A DNA stretch of 34,277 nucleotides from a virus (IMGVR_UViG_3300029825_000028:1-34277); one strand, 5' to 3'. Shown: positions 9,606 to 18,470, numbered from the stretch's first letter. Numbers and translations: made by a program. The notes: generated by a model from the letters alone, not told the origin.

Positions 9606-10703
9606 TTACGCTACCTTCATGATAAGCACGCTATCCATGTTCTCATATGACGGCAGGACGATTTCAGAAACAACACAATGGGTGTTAACTGGATGCTCTG
9701 TGGTGTAAGTGTAAATAGAAACACCTGTGTTCACAACCGACAGCGTTCCATTCGCAAGGCTACCGCTTCTCTCTTCCGGTGTAGTCCCATACCAAACATC
9801 ACCGAGAATATTGACATTTCCTGCAAGGGCAGAAATCACTCCATCAGGAATAAACGTATGGCTCTGACCGTCACTTCCGATGTACAGCTTGTTATATACA
9901 CGGATAGTGATTCCATAATTGTCAAGCAGGAATGACTTCACATCCTTATCCTTAATGGAAATGCCGCCGGTATAAGCTGTAATGCCAAGAACCTGCTTCT
10001 TTGTGTCTTCTGCGTTTACAAACTGTTTCCACGTTTTCTGATTCATGACGAACTCGGCAAGTTCTTCACCGTGGTTCTCACGATGCTGTGTCTGCGCATC
10101 CACTAAGTCCTGAATCGGTGTGGCGGTCGCAGGTGCACTCCAAAGGCTCTGTCCAGATAAGGCAATGTAATTCTTTGCTTTGTACTCTGCTGCGGAATCA
10201 TCCGTATAGTCAATGACATAAGCTCCGCCGCCGTCAACAGATATATCAATCTTCGGTACGCCGTCAGCCGGTGCCATTAACTGCCAAATCATGCGCTCGG
10301 GAACAACGTCTGCTCCAAGAACCAAATCCATAGGATTTTTCATAATCTCACGCAGAACCTGATTTGCCAGTCCTGAATTGTCGGAATCAAGATAAGTCAT
10401 ATAATCCTGCTCATCTTCCTCTGAAACCATGTAGGATTCACGGAAGAACGGCATTTTGTTCTGAATCTCCTTGAATCCGATCGGGTCTCTAAGCGGTGCT
10501 TTCGCATCGAAATTAGATCCTTTCAATGCAATCGGCAGACCTTTTCTGCCTTTAATAAATTTCAAATTAAGTCCTTGTTTCTTCTGTGTTCCAAAGTAAG
10601 AACGTCCAAGATAAGGTGCAATACCAAGTGACTGCTGATAGCTGTTCCAAGCCACTCCCAATGCCCTTGCTGTAAAAGCCTCTCCTAATGGTAATACTGG
10701 CAT
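9606..10703 (-). CDS. Major capsid protein (lambda gpE-like family)
   Basis: 365 aa; FDAKAPLR, MPFFRES and EIVLPSY motifs; follows the scaffold and decoration genes. Confidence 0.9.
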   Translation of the reverse strand: MPVLPLGEAFTARALGVAWNSYQQSLGIAPYLGRSYFGTQKKQGLNLKFIKGRKGLPIALKGSNFDAKAPLRDPIGFKEIQNKMPFFRESYMVSEEDEQDYMTYLDSDNSGLANQVLREIMKNPMDLVLGADVVPERMIWQLMAPADGVPKIDISVDGGGAYVIDYTDDSAAEYKAKNYIALSGQSLWSAPATATPIQDLVDAQTQHRENHGEELAEFVMNQKTWKQFVNAEDTKKQVLGITAYTGGISIKDKDVKSFLLDNYGITIRVYNKLYIGSDGQSHTFIPDGVISALAGNVNILGDVWYGTTPEERSGSLANGTLSVVNTGVSIYTYTTEHPVNTHCVVSEIVLPSYENMDSVLIMKVA

Positions 10704-10722
10704 GTTCTATTCCTCCCTTTCA

Positions 10723-11049
10723 TTAATCAAAAAAAGTAACTCTTGGTGTCGCAGCTTTTGCTTCTGCTGAAATAGTTACTCCGCTTGCCGTCAGTTTCGT
10801 GTTGTCAATAGACCCCTCATAAATATAGGTTCCCGGCGCATCCCCCTGCGTAACATTTACATCCGCAAGCAAATACCCTTTGCATGTTGCATCGTCAGCC
10901 GGAAACGGCGTTCCTGCCTTTACGATTTTCATGCCGTTAGCGTCTGCTGCAACTCCCGTGGCAGGAACAACACATGCTGCACCTTTATAGTCAAAAAACT
11001 TTAAAATTGTCTTTCCTTGTGTAAACTCATTTACAATCGGTTTTCCCAT
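10723..11049 (-). CDS. Head decoration/cement protein
   Basis: GMKIVKAGTPFP...GYLLADV.VT.GD motif; between the scaffold and capsid genes. Confidence 0.75.
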   Translation of the reverse strand: MGKPIVNEFTQGKTILKFFDYKGAACVVPATGVAADANGMKIVKAGTPFPADDATCKGYLLADVNVTQGDAPGTYIYEGSIDNTKLTASGVTISAEAKAATPRVTFFD

Positions 11050-11061
11050 TACATATACCTC

Positions 11062-11637
11062 CTATTTGTAATAATCCTTCGCTGATTGAGCATCCTTATC
11101 AACAGTTCCAAATGTGATTGATTTAGCATTCTTCACGTCGTCAGGCTCTTCCTCTTTACCGCCTGCTCCGCCGCTGCCTCCGCCGGGTGTTTTTGTAGTG
11201 TCCATTAATTCTTCTTTGGTTTTCTGGATTGCAGATTCTTTTTGCTTGGAAATAAGTCCTGCAAAATTAGTTGCCATGGTCTTTGTTGTTTCAGCATCCT
11301 CTGACACGATTCCAGAAAGTAAATCCTTATAATCTTCCTCTGTCAATCCGGCAGCAACAAGAATCTTCTCTGCTTCTAATTGGTTTGATTTCTTGGAAAA
11401 ATCAGCTTTTGCCGTTTCAGCATCAGCCAAAGCCTTCTTAACCTTTTCCGCATCAGTCAGGTTCTCTTCCTCCAGTTTGTCAAACTCTCCTGCCTTGCGG
11501 AGCAGTTCATCATAATCTGCCTTTTTAGGCACCTTGTTCTTCCATGACTCAACATCTGTGCCATTGATATTTAAAATCGCTGTAATCTGCTCTTCTGTGG
11601 CTTCTGGAAACTGTTTAAGTACATCCTCACGTTTCAT
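11062..11637 (-). CDS. Capsid scaffolding protein
   Basis: Acidic coiled coil, MKRED...TEEQI..IL N-terminus, TPGGG linker. Confidence 0.85.
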   Translation of the reverse strand: MKREDVLKQFPEATEEQITAILNINGTDVESWKNKVPKKADYDELLRKAGEFDKLEEENLTDAEKVKKALADAETAKADFSKKSNQLEAEKILVAAGLTEEDYKDLLSGIVSEDAETTKTMATNFAGLISKQKESAIQKTKEELMDTTKTPGGGSGGAGGKEEEPDDVKNAKSITFGTVDKDAQSAKDYYK

Positions 11638-11725
11638 TTAAATTCTCCTTCTTTCAGAACCTACGCTTTTTCAACACGGTATGCTCCGCTTAGTTCCTGC
11701 CGTCTCACGCTCGGGCCTGCAAAAT

Positions 11726-11780
11726 ATAAAAAGACAGTTAACCTCCGAACACTACTCCGCTCGATGTCTTCCTGTCTTTT
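11726..11780 (-). terminator. Terminator-like stem after the portal gene
   Basis: AAAAGACAG...CTGTCTTTTT followed by ATATTTT; large internal loop. Confidence 0.4.
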
Positions 11781-11872
11781 AAATAACTCGGTTTTCTTGG
11801 CTTCCCTGACTTTTCCGGTTCAGGGTCGTCCCTGCTCTTCTGTGTCTTTTTCGGAATAGTAGATCTATCCAT
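11738..11872 (-). CDS. Small hydrophilic ORF (44 aa, not in the ORF track)
   Basis: ATG overlaps the portal 3' end; SD GGTGGTG; MDRSTIPKKTQKSRDDPEPEKSGKPRKPSYLKDRKTSSGVVFGG. Confidence 0.4.
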   Translation of the reverse strand: MDRSTIPKKTQKSRDDPEPEKSGKPRKPSYLKDRKTSSGVVFGG

Positions 11873-13349
11873 TATCATCACCACCATTCAAAGCAGATGC
11901 ACTTAGTGCTGCATTTTGAGCCGCCCGTGCCTTTTCTTCCTGCGCCTGCATTTCTTCCGCAGTCTTGTACAAAGCATCCAGATAGGGACCTGATTCCAGA
12001 TAAACTTTTTCCGGATCGCCCCATAAGTCGCATGTACGAATCGCAATTTTCGGATGAATACCTTTTTCCAACATATAAATCAATGCCTGTGCCTTAACAA
12101 GCATATTGTCTGTCTTATTTCTTGTAATTTTCACATCAATATCGGCAATCGTGATTTTATCTGAAATCTGCTGCTTAGTCTTCAAGATGTTAAGTGCTAT
12201 TCTCAAAAACTCTTTTTCAGACTTTATCGTGACTGGTTCATCAATTTTTGCCCTCTGCTCCGCAAAATCCCAACCGTTACGCAAGTAAACTGCCTGTCCA
12301 GTATCCCCTCCAGTATTTTGTTCCCTGGATGGCATTCCCTCAATGATAAGCATGTTTTTATAAATATCATCCTTTGATACTTGTGTTTGCTGCTGATCTA
12401 ATTGAGAAGAAACCATTCCGACATCAGCCGGCATTGATGCATTCACAGTTTTTACTTTCAATGCGCCTATTTTACACATTTTCAGAAAGGTTTCTTCATC
12501 AATTTCACAATTCACGAACTTAATGAACGACTGAACAAATTGCTCAATACCGTCAACTCTGTTTGACTGAACCTTATTCATAGCATCCAACATTGTACTG
12601 ACAATTTCTACATCGGAAAGCCGTCTCACATTGTTTGGGTATTCCACAATAAGGATTTTCCCGTGTCCATTTGCAGACTCCTTTACTTCGTTGTCGTAGA
12701 CCTCAAACACACTCCGTGTAGTTGTGCATAGCCAATATTCCTGATTGTTTTCATCAAAGCATCTTGAACACGACATCATAGCTGGGTGTCCGTGAGAAGA
12801 GGAATACACAATAAAGTTGTAACGAGGGTCAGGAGTATCAATCCCCATTGCCGGCTCTCCGTCTTCAATGGAATCCATACTTTTGCTCCATGTTTCTCTA
12901 TATGCTGTGCCGCCTGTACTCTGCCAATCCCCGATTTGAGTATCATAATAAGGTTTGTCAATAACAGCCATGTATTTGTTTATTTTATCAATATCATTGG
13001 AAATTTCTTCATTATCTCCGGCACTAACATACTGAATAGGCTCTCCGTATGATTGAGCGGTCGCAAATCGGACAATTTCTAATGCATGGTTTTCAACGAT
13101 GTCATTTTTTATTTCCGGTCTAACATCCTTTTTCCGGTACAGGATAGGTTGATCCCCAGCGACATAATGATACAGATAATCAATTTCTCTACGATTTTGA
13201 TTATGTATAGGCAATGCCTTTGAGAGTTCATCTCTCACATTTTCCTTTTTGATTTCTTTCGCATTGCTGTATATGACTTTCCGCCCATATTTTCCGTGAC
13301 AGACTTGGAAAAATTGTTTTCTGTTTTCGTGAAATAAAATGCCGTCCAC
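11865..13349 (-). CDS. Portal protein (SPP1-type)
   Basis: 494 aa; YLYHYVAGDQPI, GEPIQY, IVEYPNN and GGDTGQA motifs. Confidence 0.92.
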   Translation of the reverse strand: MDGILFHENRKQFFQVCHGKYGRKVIYSNAKEIKKENVRDELSKALPIHNQNRREIDYLYHYVAGDQPILYRKKDVRPEIKNDIVENHALEIVRFATAQSYGEPIQYVSAGDNEEISNDIDKINKYMAVIDKPYYDTQIGDWQSTGGTAYRETWSKSMDSIEDGEPAMGIDTPDPRYNFIVYSSSHGHPAMMSCSRCFDENNQEYWLCTTTRSVFEVYDNEVKESANGHGKILIVEYPNNVRRLSDVEIVSTMLDAMNKVQSNRVDGIEQFVQSFIKFVNCEIDEETFLKMCKIGALKVKTVNASMPADVGMVSSQLDQQQTQVSKDDIYKNMLIIEGMPSREQNTGGDTGQAVYLRNGWDFAEQRAKIDEPVTIKSEKEFLRIALNILKTKQQISDKITIADIDVKITRNKTDNMLVKAQALIYMLEKGIHPKIAIRTCDLWGDPEKVYLESGPYLDALYKTAEEMQAQEEKARAAQNAALSASALNGGDDNG

Positions 13350-13374
13350 TGGTTCACCACCTTTCGTACACTAT

Positions 13375-13412
13375 AAAAAGAACCCCACGCATAGAAGTTG
13401 CGCAAGGTTCTC
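13375..13412 (-). terminator. Terminator-like hairpin upstream of the portal gene
   Basis: AGAACCTTGCGCA-acttcta-TGCGTGGGGTTCT followed by TTTT. Confidence 0.6.
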
Positions 13413-13434
13413 TTGTATTATTTTCTACGATACC

Positions 13435-13465
13435 ACTATAACACCGAACCACGTCCTGTGAGTGC
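13435..13465 (-). promoter_or_regulatory. Putative activator-dependent late promoter
   Basis: Extended -10 TGtTATAGT with a non-consensus -35 region (ACTCACAGGAC), directly after the ArpU-like gene as in RinA/ArpU systems. Confidence 0.5.
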
Positions 13466-13876
13466 TCATGTTCGCTTGTTTTGGTCCAGCAGATAAAAGA
13501 AGTATCTCCGGGTGTCATAGAACGCCGCCCGGCTGCATGGCATATCTTCCACACACAACAGATACCGTAAAGGGAGTTCATAACAGACGGATTGGATTAT
13601 GTATTTTGCAAGATCTTCATTTGCCTGTCTTGCCGTATTTTCAATCAAATCACACTTTTTGCCCAATTCCAAGCGTTTTATAGCGAGATTTCCCGTGGAG
13701 TCCGATGTATTACCACTAAATGCGCCTATTCCGTCAATTACGGGACTTTTTACAGCATCCGTCATATGGTTCAGTTGTTTTTTCCATTCCGGGTACTGTT
13801 CACAAAAACCACTCAATTCTTTGAAACGCTTACCGCTGATTCCGTACTTATCAAGTTTTAGCTTTCTCTTATCCAT
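13466..13876 (-). CDS. ArpU/RinA-like late transcription activator
   Basis: FC.QY.EWK, SDSTGNLA and a C-terminal HTH-like MPCSRAAFYDTRRYFF. Confidence 0.65.
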   Translation of the reverse strand: MDKRKLKLDKYGISGKRFKELSGFCEQYPEWKKQLNHMTDAVKSPVIDGIGAFSGNTSDSTGNLAIKRLELGKKCDLIENTARQANEDLAKYIIQSVCYELPLRYLLCVEDMPCSRAAFYDTRRYFFYLLDQNKRT

Positions 13877-13888
13877 GTTATTCCCCTC

Positions 13889-15520
13889 CTAATACGGCCT
13901 TTCCATAGCTTCACACTGCGCATACATCTCACCTTCAAGGGCCATTGCCAATTGTGTCAATCCGTCCGGCGAGTCATCATGCTCATTATCGCCAATCTGA
14001 ACAAACATGCCCAGCTCCTCCATTCCGTCACTGTATTCATCATCCTGCAAATCTGTCTCCAAAAATATGAAATGCTGTTGTATATATCCTGAATATGCTA
14101 TAATTTTGGACATTTTCTCCATATTACCCGGAGCCTTTTTGTCAGTGCAGCTGCACTTATACCCCATTTCCTGCAACTTTTCATCAACATACTTTCGGTA
14201 CATATCACCGCCATTATTTGCCTCAAATTGAATTTGCCGTATTTTCTCCCCCATAATCTTTCCAATAACAAGCGGCAGAGTAACTTCCTTTTTCCCTTTA
14301 TTGAATATCCACGAAGGGATATAAACATCACCATTGCTATATTCGTAGCCGATAGGCATTGATAAACTATCTCCTCCGCCCCAAGCCACGTCACATGCGG
14401 ACACGACCCGGTGATCCCCCTCTGGGAGAACCCCGTTGTAATATCGCAACTCATCCAACGGAAACAATAATCCCTCACGGACAAATGGATTCTGCATAAA
14501 TTTGGCTTCCCATTCATTCTTATCAAGTTTTTTTTTCATATCCTGATAATATTTTGTTGAAAAGCCTTTTACCGGATAGTCAAAATTGGATTCTCCATGT
14601 TCATTTAGTGCTGGAATTTTTCTAAACCTATAACGGGGATCACTCTTAAATTCTTTTTCAATTCTCCCCAAAGGATCTATCACATTCCACCTAGTCCCCA
14701 CCATTAGTTCCTTGGAACCGTCATTCTTACGGTCAACCAGAATATTCAAATAATCCTGATACCGCCCTTCCAATCTCCTTGGACTCAATGATTCTTTGCG
14801 ATCACGCACCAAGTCATCTACATACAAATATCCGTCACTACTGATATCTACAGCACCCGTCCATGTTCCGTCAATTCCACGGCAAGTAACCGTTGCAAAG
14901 CTCTCTACGCTATCGTAAAACAGCTCATTCTTTTCTGAAGACTTGTTTACCAGTTTTGCATCCGGGAATATTTCATTGAACGTGTATTCTTCATTTTGAG
15001 TTAATTTAATAATGTCGTTGTAAAACCTATCCGCCAAGATTCCACTGTGTCCGCTCATAGCGTTATGGCTGTCCGGACGTTTCCCGACTACCCAAGCAAA
15101 AAAGAATATACAAATAGTAGACTTTCCGACTCGTGGCGGCATTGACAATCCATAAAACTCAATTATTCCGTCCTCTAAGTCCTGTAAATCATCAACAACA
15201 ACTTTCAGTGTCTTTGCTCTTGGCTCATAAAACTTTTTTTTGAATGGCCTATTCTTCTCCATGTACAAAAGGAAACTCTCAAACAGAAACGGAGCCTCCC
15301 ACAAAAGCACGTTCCAGTAAAGTTCATTAAGATTTTCAGCCAGGGGAAGATAAGAAACCATTTCCTTTGCGTACTTTGTGATTTTCAGACAATAAGGAAG
15401 TTCCGAATTATCCTCTTCATACACGGCTCTCGCCATGCCAAAAAGGTCATTCATCGTTTCATAACTGACTGGCAGTTTTTTTATAGCATTAATAATTCTT
15501 CGGTTTCTTCCTGAAATCAC
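13889..15520 (-). CDS. terL: Terminase large subunit
   Basis: Walker A MPPRVGKS, Walker B YLYVDD, motif III GTRW, nuclease DVAWGGGD and HDDSPD. Confidence 0.95.
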   Translation of the reverse strand: MISGRNRRIINAIKKLPVSYETMNDLFGMARAVYEEDNSELPYCLKITKYAKEMVSYLPLAENLNELYWNVLLWEAPFLFESFLLYMEKNRPFKKKFYEPRAKTLKVVVDDLQDLEDGIIEFYGLSMPPRVGKSTICIFFFAWVVGKRPDSHNAMSGHSGILADRFYNDIIKLTQNEEYTFNEIFPDAKLVNKSSEKNELFYDSVESFATVTCRGIDGTWTGAVDISSDGYLYVDDLVRDRKESLSPRRLEGRYQDYLNILVDRKNDGSKELMVGTRWNVIDPLGRIEKEFKSDPRYRFRKIPALNEHGESNFDYPVKGFSTKYYQDMKKKLDKNEWEAKFMQNPFVREGLLFPLDELRYYNGVLPEGDHRVVSACDVAWGGGDSLSMPIGYEYSNGDVYIPSWIFNKGKKEVTLPLVIGKIMGEKIRQIQFEANNGGDMYRKYVDEKLQEMGYKCSCTDKKAPGNMEKMSKIIAYSGYIQQHFIFLETDLQDDEYSDGMEELGMFVQIGDNEHDDSPDGLTQLAMALEGEMYAQCEAMERPY

Positions 15521-15705
15521 TGTTTTTTCATCCTCTCAAAAATCATCCTGCACATACAAGCATTTTTACAAGTGATTACTTGCAGATACTTTGGAAATTT
15601 ATCTCTACATGACGTGACTTCCACGGACTCAACATCTGCTGAAAAATTACCACAGTATGCGCAATACGGCTCCAGATTTAGTGTGAATCCATTATCTTCA
15701 TTCAT
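15517..15705 (-). CDS. Small Cys-rich hypothetical protein
   Basis: CAYC...CKNACMC; SD AGGAGG; overlaps the terL start. Confidence 0.7.
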   Translation of the reverse strand: MNEDNGFTLNLEPYCAYCGNFSADVESVEVTSCRDKFPKYLQVITCKNACMCRMIFERMKKQ

Positions 15706-15792
15706 AACATCCCCTCCTAAAATAAAAATGAGCCGGCAAATGCTATTTCTAACATTCATCGGCTCTGGTTCTTGACCCTGGCACTTTTTATT

Positions 15793-16020
15793 TTATAATT
15801 TTCTTCCACACATAGGACAATACTGCGGGTTTATGTTGTCATATACTGAATCATCTTCATAACGATATTTATTAAATCCATAGAAAACAAATTTCCCTTT
15901 TAACTTTGCCAGTATTAATTTCTCTCTTCCCGGAAAATCTTCTATTTATGCTGTTAATGGCTGACAGGAACATTCATCTTCGTCTTTTATAATTCTTATT
16001 TTTTCACAGTAACTGCACAT
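15793..16020 (-). pseudogene. Frameshifted small zinc-ribbon gene (MCxYC...YCPMCGRKL family)
   Basis: Start MCSYCEK (SD AGGAG) and end QYCPMCGRKL lie in different frames; adding one base near 15973 would join them. Confidence 0.6.
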
Positions 16021-16163
16021 ATTTTTCCACTCCTTATCACCGGATAATAGGCTTTCTTGCAATGCTTACACCATATCGGCGTATTCTCTATGTTTGACTT
16101 ATGTTCAATCCTCTGCGCCGTTTTATGACCGCAGGGGCAATAATACCAACCGTTCTTAATCAT
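15996..16163 (-). CDS. Cys-rich KTR / Com-like zinc finger (55 aa, not in the ORF track)
   Basis: MIKNGWYYCPCGHKTAQRIEHKSNIENTPIWCKHCKKAYYPVIRSGKICAVTVKK; fits the W..CP.(C)G.KT...N.P..C..CK pattern. Confidence 0.7.
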   Translation of the reverse strand: MIKNGWYYCPCGHKTAQRIEHKSNIENTPIWCKHCKKAYYPVIRSGKICAVTVKK

Positions 16164-16167
16164 GTCC

Positions 16168-17364
16168 TCACTCACTCGCTTTAAAATTGTATACAGGCTT
16201 AATGATGTCTAATATATCTATTGTGTCAACGGTACTGTTAATAATATCAGCCATTGGCTTATATGCCATAGGACTTTCATCAATAGTTGACTGGCAAACA
16301 GAAGTTGTGTGAATACCTTCCATTGACTTTTGGAATTCTTCCAGAGAAATGTTTTCTCTTGCCTTTGTCCTGCTCATAATTCTGCCGGCACCATGCGGAG
16401 CTGATTGGTTCCAATCGTCATTTGACTTGCCTACTCCAATAATGCAACCGTCACGCATGTTTATAGGAATAAGCAGTTCTTCACCTTCTCTGGCCGCAAT
16501 AGCACCCTTGCGGACGATATTGGATTCATGGTCGATATAGTTATGAATGGTTTGAAATGACGAGCCTTGCAAATATCCCCACCCCATGTTTTCATAAATA
16601 ACTCCAGCAATCTCTGTCCGGTTAGTCATTGCGAAAAGCTGACATATTTGCATATCGTGCAAATACATTTTTCTATGTTCGCCAGTCAAATAACACAATT
16701 CCTTTGGTACATTCGGATTCTCTGAATGGATTTTCCTTCTCAAGTCTGAAAGACCTTTTTCTATCTCATTCTGTCTTCCAGTGGACTTGTAAAGTTCAAT
16801 CAGTTTTTTACTCTCAATGTTTAGTTTTCCTGCACCTTGCATATCATCAATAGCCATTTGCTGATATATATCTGCGACTTGTTTGCCCAGATTGCGACTG
16901 CCAGTATGGATAACCAAGTATTTCTCGCCTTTCGAGCCTTCATCAATTTCAATAAAATGATTACCGCCTCCAAGCGAACCGATACTGCGCTTTATCCGGT
17001 CAACATTCCTTAACTTCTCTTTGCAGTACAATTCATCAATCAACGGAAATGGTATTTCTTTATCATTGACGGCTCTTCCGGCCGGTATGTGATTTCTGAT
17101 AACAGAATCAAGTTTATCATAGTCAATGTCTATATCTCCGAGTTCGCAAGCAAGCATCCCGCATCCAACATCAACTCCAACGATGTTAGGAATTACTTTG
17201 TCGCCTAAATCAGCGGTAAATCCTATTACACAGCCCTTTCCAGCATGAACATCAGGCATAATGCGGATTTTACTATCAGAAAACGCAGGATTGTCAGCCA
17301 GCTCATGTATCTGTCTTAATGCTTCTGGTTCTACGTTTTTTGCAAATATTTTTAAATCACTCAT
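16168..17364 (-). CDS. rtcB: RtcB-family RNA ligase
   Basis: Catalytic motifs are intact: MPDVH, VGVDVGCG, GSLGGGNHFIE, IHTGSR, HNY, RKGA, SAPHGAGR, DESPMAYK. Start is 17364 by SD spacing; 17370 is possible. Confidence 0.97.
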   Translation of the reverse strand: MSDLKIFAKNVEPEALRQIHELADNPAFSDSKIRIMPDVHAGKGCVIGFTADLGDKVIPNIVGVDVGCGMLACELGDIDIDYDKLDSVIRNHIPAGRAVNDKEIPFPLIDELYCKEKLRNVDRIKRSIGSLGGGNHFIEIDEGSKGEKYLVIHTGSRNLGKQVADIYQQMAIDDMQGAGKLNIESKKLIELYKSTGRQNEIEKGLSDLRRKIHSENPNVPKELCYLTGEHRKMYLHDMQICQLFAMTNRTEIAGVIYENMGWGYLQGSSFQTIHNYIDHESNIVRKGAIAAREGEELLIPINMRDGCIIGVGKSNDDWNQSAPHGAGRIMSRTKARENISLEEFQKSMEGIHTTSVCQSTIDESPMAYKPMADIINSTVDTIDILDIIKPVYNFKASE

Positions 17365-17608
17365 TTTCATCACCTCTCATAAACAAAGATACTGGCGGCT
17401 GCCCGCTGATTACAGAAAGATAGACGCAAGGCCGCTTTCCAGATTCAATTACTTTGAGCAGTTGCGTGACATCTTCATCGGAAAACTCCCAACATGACGT
17501 GCTTTCCATTGATGCAAACTCATAATTGTATTTCCGAAAAGTCGGCAAGTCCATACAACCATCTCGCCTGCATATGCAATTTTGTTCTGGAAAATTTACT
17601 GGAATCAT
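17357..17608 (-). CDS. Hypothetical phage protein
   Basis: SD GAGG; overlaps the rtcB start; M.PV.F.E.N...C.DLP...SCW...QPPV pattern. Confidence 0.75.
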   Translation of the reverse strand: MIPVNFPEQNCICRRDGCMDLPTFRKYNYEFASMESTSCWEFSDEDVTQLLKVIESGKRPCVYLSVISGQPPVSLFMRGDENE

Positions 17609-17629
17609 GCTTATACCTCACTTTCTGCA

Positions 17630-17667
17630 ATAAAAAACCAACCACCGAATATTGGTGATTGGTTTTT
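17630..17667 (-). terminator. Moron terminator
   Basis: ACCAATCACC-aatattc-GGTGGTTGGT followed by TTTTT. Confidence 0.8.
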
Positions 17668-17678
17668 CAAGTACATAT

Positions 17679-17849
17679 TTACTTTATTTTTTTGTTCAGC
17701 AAATCAAGAATGTCATCCGCAATATTTTTCACATTGTAAGTATAGTCCGTATTGCTGCTTATAGTTTCTGCATCAGAAGAAATGTTTTTCAACTCATCAC
17801 GTATTTGCTTAAGCAATACTATAATTTCATCCGCCTGATCTTCATTCAT
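17679..17849 (-). CDS. Moron: 56-aa acidic coiled-coil protein
   Basis: SD AAGGAGG with its own promoter and terminator; the longer ORF call starting at 18089 is an artefact. Confidence 0.75.
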   Translation of the reverse strand: MNEDQADEIIVLLKQIRDELKNISSDAETISSNTDYTYNVKNIADDILDLLNKKIK

Positions 17850-17883
17850 AATCATTATCCTCCTTGCCAAATTTGATAGGAAG

Positions 17884-17912
17884 ATTATACCATTCCAACC
17901 ACCAATATTCAA
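17884..17912 (-). promoter_or_regulatory. sigmaA promoter of the moron
   Basis: TTGAAT-17 bp-TATAAT with TG extension. Confidence 0.8.
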
Positions 17913-18133
17913 TTGCCAAGGTTCAATTTTTCTATACTGCCCGTAAAAGGGCGTTGCATTTATATACTGCCCGTTCAGGGCTTTGTTTTTGAGATACAGA
18001 GCCGCCATGAGGTAACGGCCCTGCACTGTTGCGATTCTTAAACATTCAGGATATACTGGAAACAAACCACCATACGATAGTGAAATCATTGTTTTTAGTT
18101 ACCCGGCGGACAACCGCAACAAAAACGCCGGAG

Positions 18134-18206
18134 CTGGATAAGTAGGAGTCGAACCTACAACCTTTCGGTTAACAGCCGAATGCTCTGCCAATTGAGCTAT
18201 TATCCA
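18134..18206 (-). tRNA. tRNA-Asn(GTT)
   Basis: Full cloverleaf: TGGATAA/TTATCCA, GCTC/GAGC, TTCGG-CTGTTAA-CCGAA, GTAGG-TTCGACT-CCTAC; discriminator G; no encoded CCA. Confidence 0.95.
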
Positions 18207-18470
18207 TTAGCGGGTTCCCCCGCTGTCGGATGTATTTATCGTGTCTCCGTATCGCACTATGAGGTTTTGCCAGCTTTCGCCGTAAGAATTACGCCATTAC
18301 CTCCAACTCTCCGCGTGCATATAGCATCTCGGCTATCCCGTGGCATATGCAAGACCGGGCATCCATTTAGTCGCTTGGGCAAGCGGACGGTTTCAAGCGT
18401 GTCCTGCCGACAACTAGATTTTGCTCTGGCATTCGCCTGCATGTAGTATCTCCCACCTGCTTTGAAGCAA

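Noticed and set aside
18085-18133. Theta (HDV-like) ribozyme at the tRNA-Asn 3' trailer
   Set aside because: Pseudoknot-capable pairings exist (CCGGCG/CGCCGG; GTTTTTGTTGC/GTAACTAAAAAC), but no G-initiated P1 at the tRNA end or proper P3/P1.1 could be drawn
18134-18206. Alternative genetic code or suppressor tRNA
   Set aside because: The anticodon is ordinary GTT and genes are intact in code 11 using all three stop codons
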